Source of the DNA: Minisyncoccota bacterium
Lineage (GTDB): Bacteria; Patescibacteriota; Minisyncoccia; Phycocordibacterales; CAIZLB01
Assembly (NCBI GenBank): GCA_021734945.1
Contig: JAIPIA010000002.1
Coordinates: 1 to 43,593, forward strand
Direction: 5' to 3'
DNA: 43,593 nucleotides
Positions 33,907-42,436 of this stretch are shown here, piece after piece. The notes below the pieces were generated by a model. It did not search any database, had not been told where the DNA came from, and saw only the letters and a program-made list of their open reading frames with translations. A program made the translations under genes and the position numbers. Numbering within the stretch: position 1 is the stretch's first letter; each line of letters opens with the position of its first letter.

Positions 33907-33912
33907 ATTATA
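33907..33912 (-). promoter_or_regulatory. -10 TATAAT, 6 nt upstream of ATG 33900 (leaderless-type)
   Basis: The minus strand reads gggaTATAATgtaaatATG. Confidence 0.55.
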
Positions 33913-33933
33913 TCCCAAACTATGAAAACCTTG

Positions 33934-34320
33934 TTAGCTTAAACAGACAGAATTCATACAGTATCTCTTGCCTGTATCGGTTGGTCCGTCATCAAACACA
34001 TGACCGAGATGCGAACCACACACAGCACATACAGTTTCTGTTCTAATCATTCCATGTGTCGTGTCAGTTATTTCACGAATTGCACCAGGTAGAGCTTGAT
34101 CAAAACTTGGCCACCCTGTTCCTGAATCAAACTTGGCATCGGCTTTAAAAAGAGGGTTTGAACACGCAGCACATTTATATACACCATCCTCAGCTGGTTC
34201 AAGCTTTCCACTAAATGGAGCCTCTGTTCCCTTTTCGCGTAAAACTCGATATTGATCAGGAGTCAATTTCTCTTTCCATTCATCTTCATTTTTCGGCATA
34301 TTATTTTGTGTTGGATTCAT
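33934..34320 (-). CDS. msrB: Peptide-methionine (R)-S-oxide reductase
   Basis: It has two CxxC zinc motifs ([25 protein letters not shown]) and the catalytic RYCMNS. Confidence 0.95.
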   Translation of the reverse strand: MNPTQNNMPKNEDEWKEKLTPDQYRVLREKGTEAPFSGKLEPAEDGVYKCAACSNPLFKADAKFDSGTGWPSFDQALPGAIREITDTTHGMIRTETVCAVCGSHLGHVFDDGPTDTGKRYCMNSVCLS

Positions 34321-34331
34321 ATTTATTTTAT

Positions 34332-34889
34332 TTAATTTTTTAGTAGCTCAGCAAATTGTTTTTGTACTTTTTCGAGCTTTGGGTTTATTACTACATGACA
34401 GTACATGCTTTCAGAATGGTTTGTATAATAATCATGATGATAATTCTCAGCTTCATAAAATTTATCTAAAGGTACAACTTCAGTTACGACAGGGTCTCCA
34501 TGAGAACTTGAGACATCTATTTCATGAATCATTGTCTCAGCAACTTCTTTTTGTTCTGGTGTCGTATAAAAAATGGCTGAACGATATTGAGTACCAACAT
34601 CAGCACCCTGTCTATTCAAAGTACTTGGATCGTGGCTCGCGAAAAATACTGTTAATAAAGTTTTGTAAGCGACCGTTGATGGATCATACTCTATGTATAT
34701 GACTTCTGCGTGGCCAGTTTTTCCACTACTAACCTGATCATAGGTAGGGTTTTCGACACTACCACCAGCATATCCTGGCTTTACTAAACTAACGCCCTTC
34801 ATCATTTTAAATACAGCTTCCGTACACCAGAAACATCCTCCCCCGAAAACCGCCTTTTCAATTTTTGTATTATTTTCCGTGTTTCCCAT
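34332..34889 (-). CDS. msrA: Peptide-methionine (S)-S-oxide reductase
   Basis: It has the active-site motif [12 protein letters not shown] and then [12 protein letters not shown]. Confidence 0.95.
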   Translation of the reverse strand: MGNTENNTKIEKAVFGGGCFWCTEAVFKMMKGVSLVKPGYAGGSVENPTYDQVSSGKTGHAEVIYIEYDPSTVAYKTLLTVFFASHDPSTLNRQGADVGTQYRSAIFYTTPEQKEVAETMIHEIDVSSSHGDPVVTEVVPLDKFYEAENYHHDYYTNHSESMYCHVVINPKLEKVQKQFAELLKN

Positions 34890-34968
34890 TTTTATAGATT
34901 ATTATTTATTAATTGCAATAAGCTATCTTTAACTTATGAGGATCAAACTAGTTTTAATTATATAGTAA

Positions 34969-36939
34969 TTAACCAAACGTAAATGTGTATGCATTTAATT
35001 CACCCGTATCAACACGCAATTCTACAGTGTGAATACCGTAATCCGCACCTTCTACTATATTGTACAACTGCTGATCTTTTACTGTAATCGTTTTAATCTT
35101 AATTCCATCCACATATACACTTATTTGTGATGGTGCAGTTACGCCATCAGCTCCAACTTTTCCACTAAGCACCATATAGACATTTTTTGCTTCATACTTA
35201 AACAATATCTTAGATTGTCCTGATTCAGCGTTTGTACTAGCATATTCACTTTCAAAATTCCAAGTGCCGTTTAGATATAAGGCGTTAGACGCCGCATCTT
35301 TACTCTGAGGAGCAGACAATGTCTGTTCTCCAGGTGTTCCAGTTTTACCATTCGACAGATAGCTATTTCGATTGAATCCAAAATATACCTCTGGACTTTT
35401 AACTTTAGATGAATCGACTTCTATTTTATTTTTTGGATCCGTCATATTTCCCGCACCTATATTTGCAGAGGTCAGCGGAGCACCAGTCCCTATGTTTTTT
35501 CCACTATTGAGTTCAGCAAGTGCTTTTTGGATCTGCATCTCAGTTTCCTCATAACTGCCTTCACCAATATGGTCGTAAATTATTTCTCCATACTCATTGA
35601 TAAGATACTTTCGAGGCCAGTAACTATTACCATATGCATTCCATGTGCCGTACTCATTATCCATTACGACTGGATATGTTATACCAAATTTTTTAACTTC
35701 CCGGGCTACATTTCTTTGCACTTTTTCGAAAGCAAACTCAGGGGTATGCAAACCAATTATTTCCAGACCCTGATCTTTATATTTATCATACCAAGCGTTT
35801 ACGTAAGGTAGAGTTCGCTGACAATTGATACAGCTATATGTCCACACATCCAAGAGTATTATTTTTTTACCTCTATAATCCGCAATGTGTATAGCTTTAC
35901 CGTCTGTATTTATGAAACCACTTGGCTTCGTGAGTTCTGGCGCAATTGGTAGACCACTTGGTTTATGGATTTTTCCGCTAGTTTTTGTATTACCGCCTGA
36001 ACCAGTTGAAGATGAATTTATGTCTAAATCACTCTGAGCCAAACTCAAGGGATTATTTTTTACATCATTGAGACCACCAGCCATTTGATTTGCTAGCTGA
36101 GTCTTGTTTATACAATTACCATCACTCCCCTCACACACTTCTGGAGATATATTCTTAACCACATTCATAGTATTTAGTTCCAACAGACTTCGTTCAACTT
36201 TTGTAATATCAAATATTCCAGATTCTAAAAGATTTCGTTCCACAACCTTGTCTACACCAGTTAGGATAGCTATTCCAAGAAGTACAAAAACAACACCAAG
36301 AACTTTTTTAAACATACCTTTCGCATCAGATAATCCACCAAGCTTATCAACTAACTTTTGACCAAGGACTGAGACAAGCATAATCATCCCCCCTAACCCA
36401 ATTGCATAGGCGATAAGGTACGCAAAACCGAGCCAAAATGATTGAGGTAATACAGTAGCGAGAATAATAAAATATGTTGGACTACATGTTGAAAAAACAG
36501 GACCAAGCGAAGCACCAATGATTATATCTCCGAGTATTCCCTTCTTTTTATAGCCAACTCCAAGCATTTTGTTTGAACTCGTATTGAGTGACGCGACGCC
36601 TGGAACTTTTTCCCAAAGAGTTGGAAAAATACTTATGAGACCAAATATAATAATTATTGATCCCGAAATAAGTGTCCAGGTAAATGCAGGAATATTAATT
36701 AGAGCACTACTGAACTTTAAAAGAAGTGTAAATAGAATAACTGAAGCGGCTAGAGATGATGCAATCCTAAAAGCTTTAAAGAATGCGAGTCTTTTACGCT
36801 TTTTTATATCATCCTCATTTTGTGCCGCATCTTGTGCACGAGCAACAGAGCTCCCAATCATGACTGGTAAAAGTGGGAGTGTACATGGTGCGAGTATTGT
36901 AAGTACTCCAGCTAAAAAGGATACGAGAAGTAAAATCAT
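34969..36939 (-). CDS. DipZ-like fusion: CcdA/DsbD-type thiol-disulfide transporter plus thioredoxin-like (CxxC) domain plus C-terminal beta-rich domain
   Basis: The TM cysteines lie in ILAPCTLPLLPV and GPVFSTCSPTYF. The redoxin motif is WTYSCINCQRTLP. The architecture resembles mycobacterial DipZ. Confidence 0.85.
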   Translation of the reverse strand: MILLLVSFLAGVLTILAPCTLPLLPVMIGSSVARAQDAAQNEDDIKKRKRLAFFKAFRIASSLAASVILFTLLLKFSSALINIPAFTWTLISGSIIIIFGLISIFPTLWEKVPGVASLNTSSNKMLGVGYKKKGILGDIIIGASLGPVFSTCSPTYFIILATVLPQSFWLGFAYLIAYAIGLGGMIMLVSVLGQKLVDKLGGLSDAKGMFKKVLGVVFVLLGIAILTGVDKVVERNLLESGIFDITKVERSLLELNTMNVVKNISPEVCEGSDGNCINKTQLANQMAGGLNDVKNNPLSLAQSDLDINSSSTGSGGNTKTSGKIHKPSGLPIAPELTKPSGFINTDGKAIHIADYRGKKIILLDVWTYSCINCQRTLPYVNAWYDKYKDQGLEIIGLHTPEFAFEKVQRNVAREVKKFGITYPVVMDNEYGTWNAYGNSYWPRKYLINEYGEIIYDHIGEGSYEETEMQIQKALAELNSGKNIGTGAPLTSANIGAGNMTDPKNKIEVDSSKVKSPEVYFGFNRNSYLSNGKTGTPGEQTLSAPQSKDAASNALYLNGTWNFESEYASTNAESGQSKILFKYEAKNVYMVLSGKVGADGVTAPSQISVYVDGIKIKTITVKDQQLYNIVEGADYGIHTVELRVDTGELNAYTFTFG

Positions 36940-36991
36940 GAGTAATGCAATTAAAACTTACTAATATCACTATTATATTCTGTTGTTTTAG

Positions 36992-37013
36992 AATGTAAAG
37001 TCTACTTTACATT
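36992..37013. other. Perfect palindrome P3: aatgtaaagt ct actttacatt
   Basis: Read directly from the sequence. It lies 70 nt downstream of the stop at 37083 and upstream of the DipZ-like gene. Confidence 0.9.
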
Positions 37014-37082
37014 GTGTATGTGTATATCCATACCGACCAAACCAATATTTTAAGAAGGTTAAAACTTCTTTCACGCAAAAAA

Positions 37083-37448
37083 TTAGAATCTTCTTTCGCT
37101 GTACATTCGAGCGGCTATCTTTGCAACAATCATAGAGACCAGTGCAGCAATAAGCCATACGTCCAATGTTCCACTACGAATCTCAAATGCTATACCAATC
37201 AACAATACAATTGAACCAACCAGAAAAGCTACTCTTCCAGCTAGACTTCGATGAATTTCTTCTCTTTCATCTTGAGCATTCTCTCTCCAGAAAAAACTAG
37301 CAAAAAAAGAAAATACTATAAAAACTCCACCTAATATAAAACTTTCTAGCATACTAAGCATGTATGTATCAAATGGATTCGCAAGACATACAAGTAAAAC
37401 AATCAAGGCGATAGCTATTAAAGTTTCTTTTACATATGTGTGTTTCAT
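37083..37448 (-). CDS. Four-TM membrane protein partnered with an XRE regulator
   Basis: 121-aa ORF lying 8 nt downstream of the XRE gene. This is a common XRE plus small-membrane-protein pairing. Confidence 0.75.
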   Translation of the reverse strand: MKHTYVKETLIAIALIVLLVCLANPFDTYMLSMLESFILGGVFIVFSFFASFFWRENAQDEREEIHRSLAGRVAFLVGSIVLLIGIAFEIRSGTLDVWLIAALVSMIVAKIAARMYSERRF

Positions 37449-37456
37449 ATAATTGA

Positions 37457-37669
37457 TTATTTTTCTTGAGTAATTTTAAAAACATCTTCAACTTGGACTT
37501 TGAAAAAACGTGCCACTTTCAGCGCCAAAATAATAGAGGGTGTATAGTTCCCCTTTTCGATAGCGATAATTGTTTGTCTACTCACCCCTACAGCCACAGC
37601 TAACTCTTCTTGAGTGAGCGACTTTTGACTACGCAATAGTTGAACTTGGTTACGTATAACTTCTTTCAT
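37457..37669 (-). CDS. XRE-family helix-turn-helix transcriptional regulator
   Basis: The sequence LTQEELAVAVGVSRQTIIAIEKGNYTPS is a canonical HTH_3. Confidence 0.9.
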   Translation of the reverse strand: MKEVIRNQVQLLRSQKSLTQEELAVAVGVSRQTIIAIEKGNYTPSIILALKVARFFKVQVEDVFKITQEK

Positions 37670-37766
37670 AATTTACAAATACCATAATAGTACAAATATA
37701 TGAGAATAAGCAAACTGCGCCTAATTTTATAGACGAATCGGTAAAAATGTGTAAAACTTAATATAT

Positions 37767-39023
37767 ATGTTTGGCCAACTACTTTCTAGCATCAAAACGA
37801 CGTCACAATTTGGATCTGTATCTCAGTCTGTTTCTGCTGTCGAATATGCAATTCAAAATATTTCTCTCATAGAAATAGCAGATATTGCCGTTGTTGCTTT
37901 GGCTATTTATGTAGTCTTACTTTTTATAAAACAAACCCGATCATACTTCCTTATTGGTATTGTGCTCATTCTCATAGTTGTAAGTATCCTTTCACAGAAC
38001 CTCGATCTTGCACTTACGAGAGCCATTCTCCAGCCTGTTTCAACCCTTATCTTCATAATCATTGCAATTGTATTTCAAAGAGAGATTCGTCGGTTTTTCA
38101 AATGGATTGCAACAGGCCAAAGTCATATCTTCTCATTTAGTCCTAACAAGCACATCAGTAAAAGTGCATCTGGTGAAGTAGCTGAAGCACTCCTCTATAT
38201 GTCAGCAAAGAAAATTGGTGGCATTATTGTCTTCACTGGTAAACAAGATATCGACGACATCACAGAAGGAGGCAACCGACTTGGAGGAGAAATTACAAAA
38301 GAAATTATTCTTAGTATTTTTGATACAAGTTCAGCAGGACACGACGGTGCCATTATCATTGAAAATGACTCAATCAAACAGTTTGGTGTTCACCTTCCTC
38401 TCGCACGAGAATACTCTGACTATAGGGGGACAGGAACACGTCACCGAGCATCTGCAGGTATTACAGAGGACACAGACTCCGTTGCTTTTTCTGTTTCAGA
38501 AGAAAGAGGAACAATCACGGTATACAGAGAAGGTAAACCTGAAATAATAAAAGATGAGGAAGAACTCCGAGATATTCTTAGAAATTTGAGCGGTGAAACT
38601 GATGATGAAAAAACAAACTTTTGGAAATACTTTTTCTTTAGTAATCTCGGTGCAAAAGCTGCAGCTACTGGAATTGCGCTCGTCGTATGGCTTATACTCT
38701 TCACTCAATCTGGCATCACACGTAAAGAATATACTGTCCCTGTTTCATTCCAGCTTATTCCCGCAAACCTAGAGCTTGATAGCAAGTCTGGTGTAAAAGA
38801 AATCACTATTACGCTTGAAGGTAAGACTCGTGATATTGGGCTGGTCGCCCCAGAGAACCTTCAAACAAAAATTGATGCAAAAGATTTTAAGGCTGGATAC
38901 AAGAGAATTGATATTACTCGCAATATGATAAACGTACCATCATTTGTAGACGTGATTACAATTGAACCAAAAAGTATAAATGTAAATCTATTGGAAAAAG
39001 TAGAGGGACCAAAAGCTATTTAA
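37767..39023 (+). CDS. cdaA: Diadenylate cyclase (CdaA-type DAC domain) fused to a TM-anchored YbbR-like (CdaR-type) domain
   Basis: It has three N-terminal TM segments and the DAC motifs HDGAIIIEN, TGTRHRASAGI and SEERGTITVY. A further TM (AAATGIALVVWLILF) is followed by YTVPVSFQLIPANLEL...ITITLEG. Confidence 0.85.
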   Translation: MFGQLLSSIKTTSQFGSVSQSVSAVEYAIQNISLIEIADIAVVALAIYVVLLFIKQTRSYFLIGIVLILIVVSILSQNLDLALTRAILQPVSTLIFIIIAIVFQREIRRFFKWIATGQSHIFSFSPNKHISKSASGEVAEALLYMSAKKIGGIIVFTGKQDIDDITEGGNRLGGEITKEIILSIFDTSSAGHDGAIIIENDSIKQFGVHLPLAREYSDYRGTGTRHRASAGITEDTDSVAFSVSEERGTITVYREGKPEIIKDEEELRDILRNLSGETDDEKTNFWKYFFFSNLGAKAAATGIALVVWLILFTQSGITRKEYTVPVSFQLIPANLELDSKSGVKEITITLEGKTRDIGLVAPENLQTKIDAKDFKAGYKRIDITRNMINVPSFVDVITIEPKSINVNLLEKVEGPKAI

Positions 39024-39927
39024 ACTCACACACCTGTACGCACTGCATTGTGCACACTTGTGCATTTGGATCATTTCTACATGCTGAGGCACATTCGTTG
39101 AACTGTCCACCTATTTCTGTACAAACTGCATTATCTACACCTAGACATTCTTTGAACTGTGACGACCACTGACCACCTTTAGCAGTACACGCTGATCCAC
39201 TGTTTGTAGCAACAGTTCCATTACCTGGAGTGATAAGTGTCACAGATCCTGAACCTTCATTTTCATTAGTAGTAAATTCAATTACATCATTTCCCTTCTT
39301 AAACGTAAGATGTCCATTATTAGTATTTAGAGAAACATCAGCAGTTCCGTTCAAAACTCTAAAGAATTTTGATTCAAGGTTTGAAATATCAGAATCTAAA
39401 CATGCCATTAATGTAGACATTATAGGTCCAGAAGTTACAGTATTTAATTTATTATCAAACTTCACAGTACCTGAAAATGAGTTACATACTTTGCCAGAAA
39501 TTTTAGAATTCTGATCTATAGTAAAGAAAACATTTTTAGAAAATACTTTATTGTTTTGAAGAACGTACCATTTTTTTGTAGGAATAAATGTTGTGAGCTT
39601 TTCCCATGAACGAACACATGAACCTATTTCTGAATCCCATGAATACCCAGCGCCAGTGAGACACCCGTTACCATCTCTCTGTCCACCCACAGCTACACCA
39701 CTACCACCCTGTGCTCCAGAATTTGAACCAGCAGAATTTGTTACAGAACTTACACTTGAAGATGCAGTAGAAGATGCAGTTAATGATGCAACACCATTAA
39801 TTTCACTAAGATTTTGGCCTAGACCATCTGAAGTCTCGCTTTTCTTATCATACAGATTTATACCACCGAAGATGATGACAAGAACTATTAATATTGCACC
39901 ACCTATAATATATGGATTATTTTTCAT
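39016..39927 (-). CDS. Membrane-anchored META (HslJ-like) domain protein with a C-terminal eight-cysteine module
   Basis: It has an N-terminal TM and a META-like core (KWYVLQNN...ISGKVCNSFSGTV...MACLDSDISNLESKF). The tail is CTAKGGQWSSQFKECLGVDNAVCTEIGGQFNECASACRNDPNAQVCTMQCVQVCEF, with 8 Cys. It overlaps the cdaA 3' end tail-to-tail by 8 nt. Confidence 0.8.
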   Translation of the reverse strand: MKNNPYIIGGAILIVLVIIFGGINLYDKKSETSDGLGQNLSEINGVASLTASSTASSSVSSVTNSAGSNSGAQGGSGVAVGGQRDGNGCLTGAGYSWDSEIGSCVRSWEKLTTFIPTKKWYVLQNNKVFSKNVFFTIDQNSKISGKVCNSFSGTVKFDNKLNTVTSGPIMSTLMACLDSDISNLESKFFRVLNGTADVSLNTNNGHLTFKKGNDVIEFTTNENEGSGSVTLITPGNGTVATNSGSACTAKGGQWSSQFKECLGVDNAVCTEIGGQFNECASACRNDPNAQVCTMQCVQVCEFK

Positions 39928-39933
39928 ACGGCC

Positions 39934-39942
39934 ATTATATCA
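39934..39942 (-). promoter_or_regulatory. Consensus extended -10 TGaTATAAT, 6 nt upstream of ATG 39927 (leaderless-type)
   Basis: The minus strand reads aaaTGaTATAATggccgtATG. Confidence 0.65.
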
Positions 39943-39983
39943 TTTTTCGAAAAGGTCCCAAATTAAGGCTTAATAGATAAAAA

Positions 39984-41063
39984 CTAACTAAAAAGCTCTT
40001 TTCTAATAGTCTCCGCAGCAAACTCGATGGCCTCATCCATTGGTTTCTTAATCATAGCTCCAGCTGCTGCTTTATGACCTCCACCACCAAGCAGTACAGC
40101 CACTTTTGACACATCAAATTCTTTTGCATCACGAGTTCTAAAACTACATTTCACCTCCCCTGAAACCTCTTCAATCATCATTACAACAACATTCCACCCA
40201 ACAACAGATTTCAACATATTACAGACAGTCCCGCCATTCCAATCATCAGAAACTAATCCAAGTCTCGCAATGTCCTCATGTTTCATATAACTTATTACAA
40301 AAGATCCCTTTTCTTTCTTTTCTTCACTAGCGTGAAAAATCTTTTTCTGAGAAAGCGCTAAACCAAGGTAATCAACAAAACCTTTTGACGAACTATTCTC
40401 TAAAGTAGTTATAACATCAATGATACTTGGATTGTATTCATAGAGGACGCCAGCCATATAGAATGAATGGTCAGTAACTCTCTCATATCTAAAACCTCCA
40501 CTATCTGTAAACAAACCAACATAGAGATTCGTAGCAATTTCTTTTGAAAATTTATTTTCAGTTGTGCCAAATATTCCCCATTCCTGGAAAATATCAAAAA
40601 GAATTTCAGTCGTAGACATATACTGAAGTGCAATCAAATTTATATCACCATATCCTGTATTGCTTGCATGATGATCAATTACTATGGTCTTGAGATTTGG
40701 ATTTGATTCAGGAGGAAAAACAATAGGCGCTTTTCTAGATATCATACTTGTTGAACCACTATCAAGTATCAAGAAAATATCAAATTTAGTTACATCTGTT
40801 TCAAAGTAGTTTTGAACTAAGATTTCATTCGCACCAGGAAAATGCATAAATGCATCTGGGGTTTTTGAGTCACCTGCAATAATAGTTACTTTCTTACCCA
40901 TGCTTTCAAGTGCAAATTTTGTAGCAAGCACTGAACCCAAACTATCTGGATCAGGTGAAGGATGACAATGTAGAAGGATAGACTGAGTACTCCCATCTTG
41001 GAGATGTTCCAAAATTTGTTTTGCAATTACTTTTTGTTCTTCAGTTAGAATGTTTTTATGCAT
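39984..41063 (-). CDS. DHH/DHHA1 phosphoesterase (NrnA-like nanoRNase/pAp phosphatase; possible c-di-AMP/pApA hydrolase)
   Basis: It has the DHH motifs HPSPDPDSLGS, VIDHHASN and the DHHA1 motif GGGGHKAAAG. Confidence 0.88.
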   Translation of the reverse strand: MHKNILTEEQKVIAKQILEHLQDGSTQSILLHCHPSPDPDSLGSVLATKFALESMGKKVTIIAGDSKTPDAFMHFPGANEILVQNYFETDVTKFDIFLILDSGSTSMISRKAPIVFPPESNPNLKTIVIDHHASNTGYGDINLIALQYMSTTEILFDIFQEWGIFGTTENKFSKEIATNLYVGLFTDSGGFRYERVTDHSFYMAGVLYEYNPSIIDVITTLENSSSKGFVDYLGLALSQKKIFHASEEKKEKGSFVISYMKHEDIARLGLVSDDWNGGTVCNMLKSVVGWNVVVMMIEEVSGEVKCSFRTRDAKEFDVSKVAVLLGGGGHKAAAGAMIKKPMDEAIEFAAETIRKELFS

Positions 41064-41076
41064 AGAAAATTGTAAT

Positions 41077-41120
41077 TAAATTGCTGTTATTAAATTATTG
41101 CTAAATTATTGCTAAATTTT
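41077..41120. repeat. Tandem 11-mer TAAATTATTGC (2 perfect copies plus degenerate flanking copies)
   Basis: The perfect copies are at 41091-41101 and 41102-41112. Confidence 0.8.
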
Positions 41121-41131
41121 ACTCGATTGTT

Positions 41132-41524
41132 TTAAATAAAATTAGTTACATGAGGAATAAATACTATACAACCGATTACTATAGCTACCAAAACGGCGAT
41201 TAGCACAGCGCCCGCAGCGACGTCTTTTGTGTCTCGTGCAAACGGATGATATGTTGGTGAAGTTAGATCAATATCAATCTCAATAGCTGTATTCAAGGCT
41301 TCTGCAACAAACACTAGTCCTCCTGCAAACAAAAGAGCTATCCATTCAAAACGCGAAATCTTGAGTATAGAACCTAACACGCACGCTAAAACAAAAACAA
41401 CAACATGTATCCAAGCATTGTGTGTAGATTTTAAAAAGATCCACACGCCTCTACCTGCATGTGCAAAACTTTGTGCTCTTTTAACAAGTGAAAATTCTTT
41501 AGATTTTATTTCAGTTTGTTCCAT
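41132..41524 (-). CDS. dgkA: Diacylglycerol/undecaprenol kinase (prokaryotic DAGK family)
   Basis: It has three TM segments and the motifs FAHAGRGVW, EALNTAIE and ARDTKDVAAGAVL. Confidence 0.88.
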   Translation of the reverse strand: MEQTEIKSKEFSLVKRAQSFAHAGRGVWIFLKSTHNAWIHVVVFVLACVLGSILKISRFEWIALLFAGGLVFVAEALNTAIEIDIDLTSPTYHPFARDTKDVAAGAVLIAVLVAIVIGCIVFIPHVTNFI

Positions 41525-41533
41525 ATTGTATTT

Positions 41534-41542
41534 ATTATATCA
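41534..41542 (-). promoter_or_regulatory. Consensus extended -10 TGaTATAAT, 9 nt upstream of ATG 41524
   Basis: The minus strand reads agtTGaTATAATaaatacaatATG. Confidence 0.65.
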
Positions 41543-41557
41543 ACTAAACCTTACAGA

Positions 41558-42436
41558 TTAATACTCTATATTAATTGGAAATAACACAGAAGCATCGTGT
41601 TCCGCGAGACCCGAAGGGTTATCCTTTTTTAGAACCAATGTCGCAGGACCAATGTATGACTGCGGTACTTTTATATCTGCTTTAAAATTAACAAAATTTG
41701 TCGTCATCCAGTCTTCACCATTAATTGTATGGGCAATACCAATTGCCAATATTTTTCCATTCTTATCCAAAACCTCTACAGGAAACGAAGCTTCAAAAAA
41801 CCAATTTCCACGAGCCTTTCCTATTACACTAAAATCTTTACCCACAACAGCATCAGGAAAAGGTAAGGTAACTTGTATCAAATCAGCAGTTGCTTTTTTA
41901 TAAGTAATATTTTCGGCAACATGATTAAGATCTGCTTTTATAAAAGGAGTTGAAAATGCCTTACACCAAACCCAAACGCTGTCATACTGATTCAAATCAA
42001 CACCTTCAATGTCATAATTTTGAGCTCCAATATTTCCCTTTAGTTTGGAAATCTCACTTCCCTTTACATACTTTCCATTCTTTCCGAAGCCTACATAAAG
42101 GTCTGGTCCATTATTAACCTGAAATCCTTCTTCAAATCTTAAAATCGTTTTTATGTCTGACGATGAAGTATCCCCTCTTTTGTTTTTGGAAGAATATATC
42201 GAAACAGTACCTGTACCATTGTGGATTTTATCGAAGCCAACAAAATTTCCTGTCATTACAACCGCATCTTCTATAGGATTCCGTGTAATCTGACCATCTA
42301 CTTGTCCGTCGACCTGGCTCAACAATTCAGCAGGGAACGACTCAGAAACTCGTACATCTATGAAAAATGGTGAAATGAGCCAATATCCGACAAAGACAAT
42401 TACCACCAAAATGACCGTAATAAATATTTTCTTCAT
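41558..42436 (-). CDS. Membrane-anchored DM13 domain plus Gmad2 Ig-like domain protein
   Basis: It has an N-terminal TM, a DM13-like segment (GTVSIYSS...GPDLYVGFGKNG...VWVWCKAFSTPF) and a Gmad2-like segment (GKARGNWFFEASFPVEVLDKNGKIL...). Confidence 0.78.
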   Translation of the reverse strand: MKKIFITVILVVIVFVGYWLISPFFIDVRVSESFPAELLSQVDGQVDGQITRNPIEDAVVMTGNFVGFDKIHNGTGTVSIYSSKNKRGDTSSSDIKTILRFEEGFQVNNGPDLYVGFGKNGKYVKGSEISKLKGNIGAQNYDIEGVDLNQYDSVWVWCKAFSTPFIKADLNHVAENITYKKATADLIQVTLPFPDAVVGKDFSVIGKARGNWFFEASFPVEVLDKNGKILAIGIAHTINGEDWMTTNFVNFKADIKVPQSYIGPATLVLKKDNPSGLAEHDASVLFPINIEY

